Shown here: positions 24,372 through 37,200 of the stretch, piece after piece | How positions within the stretch are numbered: the stretch's first letter is position 1 | How the letters are laid out: each line of letters starts with the position of its first letter | DNA from: Caecitellus pseudoparvulus | Lineage: Eukaryota > Protista > Bigyra: Bicosoecida | Assembly: GCA_965644315.1 (NCBI GenBank) | Contig: CBFFRQ010000033.1 | Span: 1 to 51,491 of the forward strand | Length of the DNA: 51,491 nt | Direction: 5' to 3' | The notes under the pieces: model-generated | What the model was told of the DNA's origin: nothing | The model's database searches: none | Seen by the model: the letters and a program-made list of their open reading frames with translations, nothing else | Translations under genes and position numbers: made by a program

Positions 24372-25321
24372 TCAAGTGGCAGGCGTGGGCAGGGCTTCCC
24401 GAGGGGGGATGTGTTGCCCCCCTTCTGGCCCCGACTCGTGCACGCTGAAGAGGCTCCAGGTGATCATGACGTACATGAGGAGCAGGAAGACACCCCCGAG
24501 AAAGCTGTAGAATGCCTGCAAGTTTCCAGCCCCAACTGTAACGAGCGCGTGGAAGCGGGCAGCCGTGCCACGACAGCCTATGTCACGTAGACACCCGGGC
24601 CTGGCTACACTCACCAGCGTTATTGACCCAAGGACAGAAGTGGTCATATTCTGCCACACATGCACCGATTTCTCTGCTCGCACAGGGGTGGGGAGTGGCT
24701 CACGAGGTGCAGGGCGCCAAGGTTGGGCTGGCCGTGCAAGCGATTTCCGCAGCTCACTCACGTTACGTGTGAAACCATGTGCTCTTGAGGCTGCGGAACA
24801 CCGCAAATCTCGCACACATGCACGACTTCCCCGTCTAACGTTGCCATCGTCCGGCGTGCCAGGGATGAACCTGGAACGTGTGCCCACCGGGTGCGCAGAC
24901 ACTCTTGTGGAGTCTCCAAGGCCTCGCCGCCATCGGAGCGCGCAGACACTGCCGCCTGGCGCAAGCGCGCTTCCAGCGCTGCGAACCGCCCCGGCTGGAC
25001 AATGCCAGGGTCCACCCAGGACGTCAGCGCGTAGGCTGTGAGGGTGCCCAGGAACAAGGCGGGTGCCAGGATGAACTGCTCAAACGAGCTCCGCTCCGGG
25101 GCCACCTTGACGAACCACAGCCACCCAGGCACCAGCACGAGGGCTAGCGTGACAAGGTTCATGCCCCACATGGGCGCCAGCAGCCACTGCCGTCCACAGG
25201 CAGAGCACAGCGGGATCATGCGGCCATACTTGCGTCGCAGAGGCTGGCCTAGCTCGGCAGGGTGCAAGTCGTCTGGCGGGAAGGAGGGCGCGACAGCGCT
25301 GGACTGCGTGGGGGACGCCAT
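24372..25321 (-). CDS. DHHC-family palmitoyltransferase, DHFC variant
   Basis: Two TM helices then DPGI. Introns 24761-24674 and 24614-24536 give CEICGVPQPQEHMVSHVTEIGACVAEYDHFCPWVNNAVGAGNLQAFYSFL, followed by one TM. Confidence 0.88.
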
Positions 25322-25719
25322 GGCAGTGGCACTGATAGTAGGGTGGGCGCCGGAGGCAAGCCGAAGCACACGTGCATGGCCTGCAGCTGGCTGCAAGTTG
25401 GTTGAATTGTGAGTTGAAGCCGGAAGTGGAATGGTGTGCAGTGTGGGAGAAGAGCGAGGCCGCTGCAGCCCTGCTGACTTGGGTGACTTGAGTCAAGTAC
25501 AGGCGAGGGATACAGGGCCCCCTTTCTTGCAGGGATGGAATTGGTGCCGGGCACGTGGTCCGCAAGCTGCAGCGTTGAGGCGCGGCTGATGCAACTCGCG
25601 GCGTGTTGGCACAATCCAATCCACGCCTGCCACAACAGCAAGACCGCCCCCCGCGTGCAACCCATGCATCGGATTTCATTAACCTTGCGTTGTCCGCGTG
25701 TTTACCCCCCTTCGGTACC

Positions 25720-27560
25720 ATGGCAGTGGCTGTTTCGGAGCAGGTGGAGCGCTTGTCCAAGTGGGTGAAGGCCAACCCAGGCTCGGCCCTGCTGGCGTCC
25801 AACGCTGCGACTGCCGGCGTCTTCCTGTATGTCCTGGCCCAGCGGTATGGAGGTGTGCTGCCTGCAGTAAAGGAGGCGGTGTTTGGCGCCGTGTCAGCGG
25901 TGCGTGGCGTGCCTGTCGAAGTGGCGTCGTGGCGTGTGGTGCTCACAGCATCTTGAATTTCCGCAGGTTGCCGGTGGCGCGATCGACGCGGAAGTGGAGA
26001 AGACGGCCAAGAAGATCGAAGATGCCGTCCTGGGGGACGACCGTGAGAAGCGCTGTGACCCCGTGCTGCCTGAGGCAGCCCTGCCCAAGGACGCCCTCGT
26101 CGCGTTGCTGCATAAGGCCGCTGCTCGGGTACGTCAGGAGCTTCAGTGTGGCTCAGCGACACACCCTCACTCCCTCCCACCGCCGCCCCTCGCAGGACCG
26201 CAGCAAGTGGGACGCAGGCAAGGTGTCTGGCGCCGTGTACCACGGCGGGGACGCCCTGACGGAGGTCATCGGCACAACTTTCTCCCTCTTCGCGCTGTCC
26301 AACCCCCTGCACCCAGACCTCTTCCCCAGCGTGCGCAACATGGAGTCAGAGGTAGTGGCGTGGTCCACCGCCCTCTTCCACGGCGGCCCCGACGCCTGCG
26401 GCACCATGACGTCTGGCGGCACGGAGAGCATCCTGCTGGCGTGCCGAGCGTACCGAGACCTGGCCAAGGCCAAGCGAGGTGTCACGCGGCCGAACATGGT
26501 GGTGCCCATCAGCGCACACGCTGCCTTCCACAAGGCAGGCGACTACTTCGGCATCGAAGTGCGCATGGTGCCTGTGGATGAAACCACCTTCCGGGCGGAC
26601 GTGCAGGGCATGGCTGCTCAGGTGGACTCCAACACGGTCATGTTGGTGGCGTCCGCCATTTCCTTCCCGCAGGGTGTCGTTGACCCTGTGCAGGAGCTGG
26701 CCGCCCTGGCAGCGAAGCACGGCGGCATTCCCCTGCACGTGGACTGCTGCTTGGGCTCCTACCTCATTCCCTTTGCCAACGCTGTGCGCGGGCCAGACGC
26801 CCAGCTGCCACCCTTTGACTTCGCCGTGCCGGGGGTCACGTCCATTTCCGCAGACACCCACAAGTTCGGGTACGCCCCCAAAGGCTCCTCAGTCATCATG
26901 TACTCCAAGGCAGAGTTCAGGTACCATCAATTCTACGTCTCGCCTCGGTGGACGGGTGGCGTGTACACGACGCCGTCCATCGCAGGGTCTCGAGCTGGTG
27001 CGCTGGTGGCAGCAACCTGGGCCACCATGCGTTTCCACGGGCAGGAGGGCTACCGCGCCGCTGCCAAGCGCATCTTGACCGCTGCTCAGGCTGTAGCACA
27101 GGGTGTGCGGGACATGCAGGCCGAGGGGCTGGGCATCAAGCTGTACGGGGAGCCTGACCTGTGCGTGGTGGCCTTCGGGCCTGACCCCAGCGCAGCGAAG
27201 CCCGTCTCCGTCCCGTTCCTCTTCGAAGCCATGACCGCCAAGGGCTGGAACCTGAACAACTTGCAGCGCCCAGCCAACATCCACCTGTGCGTCACGTACA
27301 AGAACGCAGAGGTGGCGGCAGCCTCCTTCGCGGACGACCTGCGCGCCAGCATTGCGGAAATCGAAGCAACGCCTGACAAGTTCAAAGGCGGCATGGGAGC
27401 AGTGTACGGCGTGGCGGAGAGCATCCCCGTGGACGGGCCCATCGACCACCTGTCTCGAACCTTCGTGGCAGCGCTGTACACCACCCCTCAGGGCGGCCCC
27501 GAGGCCCCCTTCTGGTACGAAGCAGGCCCAGAAGCTGAGGAAGGGGCAGCCACAGCCTGA
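25720..27560 (+). CDS. SGPL1: Sphingosine-1-phosphate lyase (PLP-dependent)
   Basis: Introns 25900-25966 and 26129-26195. Motifs GKVSGAVYHGG, SNPLHPDLFP, TSGGTESILLA, LHVDCCLG, GVTSISADTHKFGYAPKGSS (PLP lysine), GSRAG, KGWNLN.LQ.P. Confidence 0.96.
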
Positions 27561-27759
27561 GGTGCACACTCGGCCAAACTGGCCTGCCCGACACAACACA
27601 GCATGCGGGAAGTGTGTCGGTAAATGCAGGCCCACTGCTACCCACACACCTTGCTCTCGTGTCACTTGGCTGCGACGGGCTGCCAGCGGCAAGCCCTGCT
27701 GCTCTAGCAGTCCGCCACTCTGGACGCCACTGCCCTGGCTTGGGATCCGGCTGCCGCCC

Positions 27760-30700
27760 ATGACCACACATGAAGATCGCCTGGCGCGGAGGTACGCCAA
27801 CCTCCGCAAGCGCCAGCTCGCTGCAGAGGCGCCGCCTTCCACCGAGCCAGGTGAGTTTGGGGAGACACCAGTGCTCGCAGGCGCCGCCCGGCACGCCCTT
27901 CCACGGCGCCTTCGGCTGCGCAGACTTCCAAGATGAAGTGGAGCGTGAAATGGCGCGGCAGCGTGAGCTGATCAATGCTATGCTCAAGTGCGTGGGGCTT
28001 GCGTGGGGCAGTTGCTGGGCCTGCCGGCGTTTCACATTCAAACACGCCTGCCTCCTCCGCCCGCCCTGAGCACACTCCAGGGAGCACTTGCCCGCGCTGC
28101 ACAGGGAGTCCAGGAGTGAAGGAAGTAAAGCTCCCGAATCAGTGCGTCGTCTGCTCTCGACCTTGCCGTGTCTGCAGCCTGCCAGTGCTGGAAGCAGTCG
28201 CTGGCGACGACACGCGAAACGCTGCTGCACCGCTTGGCCCTCTTGCCCACTGCACAGGAGTCGTACAGGGAGGAGCCGGAACATGTCCCACCTCATGATG
28301 CCTATGCTGGACCTGCGGCGTACCGCGCTGGGCCTGGCCACGGCCCGCACTCCTACGCGCTGGCCGAGCCAGACCACTCCCAGTTCTCAGGCAGCGAGCC
28401 GCCGTCAGCCCGCCCACATTGGCCGCGAGAGGCAGCAGCAGCGCCGGACACAGTCCCAGCACCCGAGCGGGGTCCCACTGCGGAGAGCAGCGTGGCGTGG
28501 CCGCCCAAGCCCAGGGTCCGGGACGTACGCGCGGAGCAAGCGAGGTACGCGGCAGACCTGCAGCGCCAGATGGCAGAGCGGGCTGAGCGCGCTGCCCAAG
28601 AAGGCAGGGGCGCACGCCACGGCGGCCAGCACGCGCCACCAGCCGCTGCGCCAGCTCTGGCACGTGACGCCCACCCCCCTGCCGCTGCCTCTCCCCCCTC
28701 CACCCGGACCAATGCTGAGAGTGTGGGGTTTGCGCTGGGGGGAAGGGGCGGCGCCCGCCCTTCAAACCACGCAGCCCGGACACACGCCGCTGAGCTGAAG
28801 GCCCAGGCTGAGTCTGATGCGCGGCGCCGGCAGGCAGAGCGCGATGCAGATCGTGCGTTTGAGCTGCGCAAGCTCCAGGAGGGGGGCTTTGCCCCCCCTC
28901 CTCAGGCAGCACCGCCCCGAGCTGGCCGGGAGGCAGCCCCCCCCCCTCGACACCGCCCCCCGTCACCAGATCCAGATGCTTTTGCCGGGGACGGACTGTT
29001 CGCCGGGTTCGGCGTGCGGGGTGCGGACGTTGGGCGGCGCCTGGGGGCCGCGGCGCCCCCCCCCGCAGATGGACACCGCCCACGCGTGTCAACGCCGTCG
29101 GGCGGCTCTGTGGCCATGGAGGCTGTGGGGGCGATGTCCCCACCCCCCCCTCGGGATGTGCATGGGGGGGGGGCAGCGCGCGGCCACCGCAGCGCCAGCC
29201 CCATCCAACCACGCCCCACCACCACCACAACCATGCCAGCCAACCTCTCAGCGGCTGAGGTGTCCAGTGCCGTCGCATCCGGTGCGCGCTTCTCACGGGG
29301 AGGTGGCTCTCGCCTCATCGACCCCGTGCAGGCGCAGCGAAACGCAGCAGCTGCTGCCGCCCGCGCTGAGCAGGCCGCCGCCCTGGCGGAGCAAATCGAA
29401 GCCAAGAAACGACGGGCTGCGGCGGAGAAGGCGCGTGAGGCGGCTGCCGAGGCGGAGGAAGAGGCAAAGCTGGCCCGGCAACGAGCAGACCTCAACGCAC
29501 AGCTGCGCGCAGAGCTGCAGGAGGAGATTGCGGCAGAGGCGGGGGACGGCCCGCCGCCGCCTCACCTGCTGAAGCGCTTGAGGGAGTTGGAGGCAGAGGC
29601 GGGGGTGCAGCGGGCAGGGGAGGGCCGGTGGGGCATGGGGGGCAGTCCTGGCGCGCGGGGGGGGGCCTCTGGCGCGTTTCGCAGCCCCGGCATCGGCGGC
29701 CGACCTCGCCACAAGCCGTCCCACTCGCCGCCACGCCCCAGTCCGACCCAGGCACGGCCAGTGGATGTGCGAGGCCCACCCCCTTCAGACCTGCATGCGA
29801 CGGGGGGGTTCCCTGTGCACTCCGCTGGCGGGGGTGGTGACGGGCGCCGGGTGAGTGTGGAGGAGCCACCCCTGCCCTCGGCGCGCCACGTGCGGGGCGG
29901 CATGCCGTCGGCCCCCCCCTCTCCCCGCCCTGCCTCGGCGCCACGCCAGCTGCCCGGCGCAGGTGCTGATGCCGCCGACATGCGTGAGCTGGCAGCCAAT
30001 GTGGCCCTCATGCGCCAGCAGTACGCCCTGCTGCAGGAGCAGCTGGCCATGCAGCGGGAAGCCCTCAGCGAGATGCGGGAGGGGGCGCGGCGGGCGGCCC
30101 ACGAGGCGGAGCTAGAGCGGATGCGGGCGACACAGCAGGACATGGCGCGGAGACTGGCCGGCATGTCTGCCTGGGGGGCGTACGGGGGGGGTGCGCCCCA
30201 TCCCTGGCATGCACCTAGTGCGTACCCCACCCCTGCTTGGAGCCCCCCCTCGCAGGCGTATGGAGGGGGGGGTGGGTACGGCTGGGGCGGCGGGGGTGGC
30301 GAGTTGCAAGGCCGCAGCTCTGTCGTGCAGTTTGCCGAGGGGGGCTGGGAGCGAGGTGGGGGGTACAGCGTCGGACACCCCCCCTCGCATCCCTCCACTT
30401 CCCCCATCCAGGGCTCCTACCCTGCTCACGATGACATCCGTTTTGTGGGGGAGGCCCGACCCCGTACCGCGGCAGCTCCCCAGGCAGGCCGGAGGGGGGG
30501 GCAGGCCCCCTCTGTGGAGAGTTCCCTGGCTGGCGACAGCTTGTTCCAGTCTGTGGCGAGGGGGGATGGTGCGCCCTCTCCGCCCGTGCACAAGCCACAG
30601 GCCCCTGACGATGCGTTGGACGAGTTTATGGGGCGGGCAGGGGCGTCTCACGGCGCACCAGCACAGCCCGGGCCCGCCCTCCACGCCACAAAGTTCCGCC

Positions 30701-33700
30701 CCGATCTGCACGCACCTGATGTGTTGGATGCCGCGGTCATGGCAGGTGGTGGTGGGGAAACCCCCCCCTCCGGGGCAGGGGAGGGGTCCCTGGACAGCTC
30801 GTCCATGATGGTGTTCGTGAAGGGAGGAGGGGGTGCCCAGGCGCAGGGTGGACTGCCAGTCGCCCCGTCACCTGCCACCCCCCAAAAGCCCACCTCTACC
30901 CCCCTCCGCCCCTCCAGCACCCTGTCAGCAGCTGGCAACCAGTCCGTTGGTTCCTTTGCCTCGGTATCCACAACAGCCAGTGCCTCGCGACGGGGGGGCA
31001 GTGGGGCTGGCTTGCCTGCCGCCAAGGCCGCTCCCAACGTGCCCAAGCTGCGCCAGGCCTTGGCAGATGCTGAGGAAGCCAGTCGGCAGCTCATGCAGCG
31101 CCTGGACTCCCTGGCTGAGCAGAAGGGCGAGGTCAAGGCAGACCTGCGCCGCTTCGAGAGTGCGTACCTGGCTCAGCACGGCGGGGCCAAGGTCCCACGG
31201 GAGGCCAAACAGCAGCGCCGCTCAGAGTACAAGGCATACACCCGCCTGAAGAACGAGGCGGGTGAAGTGGCAGCGCTGCTGGCCAAGGCGCAGAGCCGCT
31301 GTGCCTCGCTCCGCGCGGCTGTGCTCAAGGCGGAAGGAGCAGCAGCTGCGGCTGCCGACGCTGCCGCTGCCAAGAGTGCTCTGCAGCAGGAAGCACGAGG
31401 TGCATCCCCACCCTCCTCCGCTGATGCTGAGGCTGCCGTCACCTTGGCTCGCTTGCGGCGCGATGAGAGATCGCTGTCCTTGCAGCTCAGCGTGTGGCAT
31501 GAGGAGGTGCAGCGGGACAAACAGCGCCCCCCCACAGATGCCGAGCGGGTGGCGGAGATGGGGGATGTCCTGGCTGAATTGGGGCGGGTGCAGCAGGCTC
31601 TGGTGGATCTGGGGCACACGCTACACTCTCGACGGGTACGACCCCCACTGGAGGTGGATGCCGCCCCCGCCACGCACCCCGCCAGCCAAGCAGGGGGGGA
31701 CACCGGCGCCTCGGGGCGCTCCATGGTGGACGACCTGCCTGGCGTGCCGGCTGGCTTGGCAGAGCACCTGTCTGGCCGCAGCTTGGACGGCGGGGAGAGT
31801 GCCTCCTCTGTCCCGGACCTGCCCCTGGCGCCAGCCCAGCTGGACCACGCTGTGGAGGCAGAGCAAGAACAAGTGGTCTTTACTGGCCGCACACAGGGCA
31901 CCGACGCGGAGGTACAGGCTGAAGTCCGGCGCATTATGTACAGCGAAGAGCCATACCGTGCGCCAGCCCCTGCCGTGGCACCGGTCGCTGAGGCAGTGTC
32001 AGCGCCTGCCGAGGAGTCCGCACCACTCTCCTTCCTGGACCGTGTCAATGCCGCTGTGGAGGAGCTGCGCAGCGCAGAGGAAGTGGACACAGACTCAGGG
32101 TCAGAGGGAGTGGAGGGCGGGGCTCCTGATGCCTCGAGCGGCCCAGAGGCCTCTGTGACGCTGCCTGGCATGCTGCTGCCTGCCGCCACACCAGCCCAGC
32201 CGGAGCAAGCTGCAGGCGCCGCCTCTGACCGCGGCAGCGCATCTGCCTCCACCGAAGGGCACTCATCTGCGCAGAGTTACACGAGTGCTGACAGCTCTGC
32301 CTCTGACAGTGGCTCAGAGGACGACGGAGTCAGCAGTGTAGAGTCTGAATCCCAGGCTGACTCAGCCCCTCCTGCGGTGCAGAGCAGCTCTTGGTCAACA
32401 CAGTCATCTGAAGCACGGGGCTCCCCATCGCCGGCCACTGCGGCGGTGGGCAGTCCTGCCGACGAGCACGGTGCTGCGACCCGGATCCAGGCCATGGCCC
32501 GGGGGCGTGCAGCACGGCAGCGTGTGGCGGGCATGCGTGGTGGCAGTGGTGACGGGTCTGGGTCAGAGGGTGTGGGCGGTCCTGCCGACGAGCATGGTGC
32601 TGCGACCCGGATCCAGGCCATGGCCCGGGGGCGTGCAGCACGGCAGCGTGTGGCGGGCATGCGTGGTGGCAGTGGTGACGGGTCTGGGTCAGAGGGTGTG
32701 GGCGGTCCTGCCGACGAGCATGGTGCTGCGACCCGGATCCAGGCCATGGCCCGGGGGCGTGCAGCACGGCAGCGTGTGGCGGGCATGCGTGGTGGCAGTG
32801 GTGACGGGTCTGGGTCAGAGGGTGTGGGCGGTCCTGCCGACGAGCATGGTGCTGCGACCCGGATCCAGGCCATGGCCCGGGGGCGTGCAGCACGGCAGCG
32901 TGTGGCGGGCATGCGTGGTGGCAGTGGTGACGGGTCTGGGTCGGAGGGTGTGGTGTCTGCCGACGAGCATGGTGCTGCGACCCGGATCCAGGCCATGGCC
33001 CGGGGGCGCGCAGCACGGCAGCGTGTGGCGGGCATGCGTGGTGGCAGTGGTGACGGGTCTGGGTCAGAGGGTGTGGGCGGTCCTGCCGACGAGCATGGTG
33101 CTGCGACCCGGATCCAGGCCATGGCCCGGGGGCGTGCAGCACGGCAGCGTGTGGCGGGCATGCGTGGTGGCAGTGGTGACGGGTCTGGGTCAGAGGGTGT
33201 GGGCGGTCCTGCCGACGAGCATGGTGCTGCGACCCGGATCCAGGCCATGGCCCGGGGGCGTGCAGCACGGCAGCGTGTGGCGGGCATGCGCTCCGTGCGT
33301 CAGGATCGGTCTGAACGCCTCGCTGCTGCCCGGGCCGCCAGGCAAGCAAAGGCCAGCCAGGGGGGCGGCGCCGCGGAAGTACCCGTGCAAGAGGTCCAGG
33401 CAGCTGTGGCGGCAGCGGCTGAAGCAGCCGTGGTGGCACGTGGCGAGGCTGGCACGTTGGCCAGCACTTCTCGCCGGCGAGCGCGCCTGGCACACTTGGC
33501 GGGTGAAGGGAAGGAAGGGAAGGAGGACGACGGCGCTTCTGGTGGCGGCGGTTCGGGGCAGGGGGAAGGCAAGTATGAAGAAGATGAGTGGGAGGAGGAG
33601 GACGCGAGTGAGGTCGAGACAGAGGGAAAGGCGGACCGACCCAGCACGCGCTGGGAAAGCAGCAGTCTGGGCACGAGCGTGATTTCAGAGCACATCGTCG

Positions 33701-33975
33701 CGGCACCGCCCTCCCGCATCAGCATGGTGACGGAGGAAGGTGGCGCTTCTGCCACGCGGCCTGGCACCCGCACGGGAGCTGGGACCGCCCTGTCCATCGA
33801 TGAAGTCCCATTTGAAGACGAGGATGGCATGGCAGCGCTGGAGAGCAAGACTCCTGAGGCAGACAGGCAGCAGGACGACGTCGTGCAGATGTTGCCGTCG
33901 CGCTACACGAAGGCTGCCGCGCCAGCATCTCCGCACAAGCCCCAAACTCCAAACAAACCTCGACACGGAAGCTGA
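27760..33975 (+). CDS. Large low-complexity coiled-coil protein with 7 IQ calmodulin-binding motifs and FAM13/Sld2-like helical motif; possibly centrosomal/ciliary
   Basis: Introns 27851-27923, 27988-28080 and 28142-28257 link ATG 27760 in frame to the 1935-aa ORF. AATRIQAMARGRAARQRV occurs 7 times. KADLRRFESAYLAQHGG...EYKAYTRLK motif. YAADLQRQM and LAEQIEAKKRR segments recall CSPP1/CCDC66. Confidence 0.75.
32455..33290 (+). repeat. Coding minisatellite with 126-bp unit (one 123-bp variant), ~6.6 copies, each encoding one IQ motif plus a Gly/Ser spacer
   Basis: Near-identical units cctgccgacgagcatggtgctgcgacccggatccaggccatgg...gggtcagagggtgtgggcggt. Confidence 0.97.
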
Positions 33976-34230
33976 ATGCAAGCACGCGTGTGGCAGGGTG
34001 CCTCTTGCTGCCGGATTTTGTCTGGATCCTTGAAAGCTGCTCAGTGAGCCAGGGCAGCGCGAGTGAGCGGAGCCTGGCGTTTCGCTGCTCAGCGTTTCGC
34101 CAGCTCCAGCGTAGCAAGGTTGGCTTGGAGTGGAGTGTGATGCTCAGCCTGGGCCGCCTCCCTAGCACGCTAAGGTAGCTCAGAGATCTTGCAGCTCTGG
34201 CCTGACACGGCGCAAAAGCAACGTGCGAGC

Positions 34231-37200
34231 ATGCAGGTAGTTGATGTTGTACAGTTTTCGGGCGTGTCGCCTGGAGCTGTCCTGGGTTGCATTCTGGGCT
34301 GCGTCCTGACCTTTGCCTTCATGAAGGGGTTGTGGGGTACCTTCGACCTCACCACCGAGTTCTTTCAGGGCATGTGGAAGACTATTCTTGGGTTGCCTGC
34401 CGTTGAAGCTGAGCCCGCAGGCCTTCCGCCGCCTCCCCCCTCGCCACGCACGTCGCCACCAGCTGAGACTGTTGACACCACTGCCACGAAGGCGACCACG
34501 GAAGCAGGGACAGGACATGATCGACGCGCCCCAGCGCCACAGGCTTCCGTTTTGGCTGCTGCCACCGGCATCGCAGGTTTGCATGTGGACACACAGCTGC
34601 ACGGAGATCACGCGAGCCAGGGGGGTGGGCCCACGTTGCACTCAGCGCCCGCCCGCCGCATGCGGTCCATCACCGGCTCCACTGGGAGCAGCTTCCCGCC
34701 GCGTGTGGGCTCCGAAGATAGCCACGCGCCAACTGGCGTTGCCGGGGAGGCTGCCGAAGGTGGCGAGGGAGGAGGGGGGCACCCCTTGCAGGTGCGCCGA
34801 TCCCCCTTGCACTTGTTGGAGGGCAGTCTGTTCCTCCTGCGTCACTTGGCTGCAGTGCGCAGCCTCATCACGAACGCCGCCGCGGCCGCTGCCCTGCGCG
34901 AAGAACCCGACGCAAGCACGCCGACCTCTGCCACACGGCGCGGTCCGAGGGATGCGCAGGGAAGGCCGCTGCCTGCGCCTGCTGCCGACGCGGCACGTGC
35001 CGTGCACTCCGCCTTCCACACCCTGCCAGGCAACGTCCTCGCAGAGCTGGCCCTGTCCCACGCGCTGCGGGTGAATGCGCCGCTGGTGGGGCAGGGAGGC
35101 GTGGGGGAGGGCATTGGTCCATTCCACCCGCCGCTGCCCATCACCACCCACCTGCTGCCGTCACTGCCTGGCCTCAAGCGAGTGCCTGAGCAAGACCACG
35201 GCCGCTCCCAGCTGGCACGTGGAGGAACACAGTTCCGCGTGGACGAAGGCGTGTTCCTCACACCGCCGTGCCACTTGAGCAAGCCGCGGCCTGCCTCCGC
35301 CAGGGCAAGGGGGGGCGGCGACGCGCGGCCTTTGTCCATCCCGGTGCCCACGTTTGTGCATGTCAGTCCGTCGGCACACAGCATCGCCGGCTGCCCACAG
35401 TCCTGGCTGACCCTGCTGTCTCGCACGTTCGGGCTGGAAATGCCGCAGCGGCAAGGCGGGCGACACGCAGTGGACATTACAGGCCGCGTCAGCCTCATGC
35501 GAGTTGGCTTTGCAGTGTACTGCAAGCAAGCATGGCTGGAACATCCGAGCGCCGCAGCGGGAGTGCGCCCCATGCAGTCTTCCTGTTCCGAGACCACTGC
35601 TCGTTTGGCGTTTTACCTGCTGACGTGCACCTTCCCGCCCCGCTGCATGTGGCTGGATGACCGTGCCGACTTGCCATCGCCGCGGGCGGCTTTCGGCCAC
35701 CTCCTGCGTGTGATCAAGACGCGTTTGAATACGTCTGTGTCATTCTGTCGAGTTGCCTTGCCCATGTCGTCAGAGGACATGGCGGGTGTCTTCTCCAAGG
35801 GGCAGGCAGCGCCGTCGACAGCCATCTTGCGCCGCCTCGGCTCACGCCCGCAGTTACAGTTCGGGCCAGCAGAGGGCTCACAAACAGAGCCTGTGGCACG
35901 CTTTGACGACGATGAGGCGATGCTCCCGTCAAACTTATGCTTCCTCCTCGTAAAGCCGGGTGTGAACGACCCTGAAGCAGCGGCAGCAGCTGGCGGTCGC
36001 GTCGCGCTCATCGTGTCGTGCGGCGGCGTAAGCAATGTCGTGGTGCGGTGGCTGCAGCCCACCGTGGCTGCTCTGCAAACTGCATTGAAGCACATCACCA
36101 GGGTCGACTTGGACCTGTCCCTGTATCATGCGACAGTGCATTCTCATGTATTTGGTGAGGCCGTGACCGATCTTCAAGTGGAAGCGCTGGCCACATCACA
36201 CGCTGTGGCTATACGGGCAGCAGCGCTGTCTGCACCCCCCAAGGCAGCCCCCACACCACGACGAGGCTTCTTTTCCTGGCTGCGTGGCTCCTCCAGTCAG
36301 CCTGCTGAGAAGCTCCCCGTGTCTGAGTTGGAGGGCGCCCGTGCCAACGATGCCTTGCACGACCCATCTCGGCAGTTCCGCCCGCCCTGGCGGAGCCCTG
36401 AGCCGACGCCTGCATACACCTTGGGCATGCCTTTGCAAGAGGCAGGCCAGCAAGCTGGTCAAGCATTTCACCCGCACAACGCTCGCATTGCGTCCGCCAA
36501 CGCGGTGGAGGAGCCACCTGGAAAAGCGCAGGGTGCCCTGCCCTTGCTGTCCCTGCTGCAGTATCACTGTGGACTCCCTCGCCATGCAGCGAGGCAGCAC
36601 ATCCTGGAGCCAGCGTCCCTTGTGCCGCCTCTGCAACAACGGCAACAAGGCGCCTCTGTCGAGGAGGTGGGCTCTGGGCAGGGGCTTGCCGGGTGCACAA
36701 ACGTCTCCTGTGTTGGTGGAACGCTGGCCTGGCTGTCAGACCCCCTGTACGCTTCAGAAGCCCTCACGGTGAGCACGTCCCTGGGCAAGTCGGGCATGGA
36801 GCACCTTTCCTTGACGGCGACGACCCATTTAGCGTACATCATGCTCGTGCAGTTTACACGAGGGGTGCTGAACCCCACCAGCGAAGTGATGCAAGCCTTC
36901 CCCTCACAGGTGGCAGTGCTGCACACTCGCTTGGCCATTGCCTTGGACTCGGGCCGCCTGGCACCCCCTGACATCTGCAACCTGCTTCGGGCACAGCCGG
37001 TGGCAGGTGTGGTGGGGCGCGCGCCTCCCAAAGGCAGCCCAGGACGAGAGGACAACCCGCGAGGCTTGTCAGCAGCCGCCCTGGCTGAGCCGTCCCTTCC
37101 TGAGTTGCTGGACCTCACCACGCGAGCACACTCTCGACTGCAGCAGGAACTGGAAGGAGGCACGCATGTTGGTGGCTCTGATTCAGACGCTGCGTCTGTG

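Noticed and set aside
32455-33290. CRISPR-like array
   Set aside because: There are no unique spacers; the units are in-frame coding repeats, and no cas genes are present.
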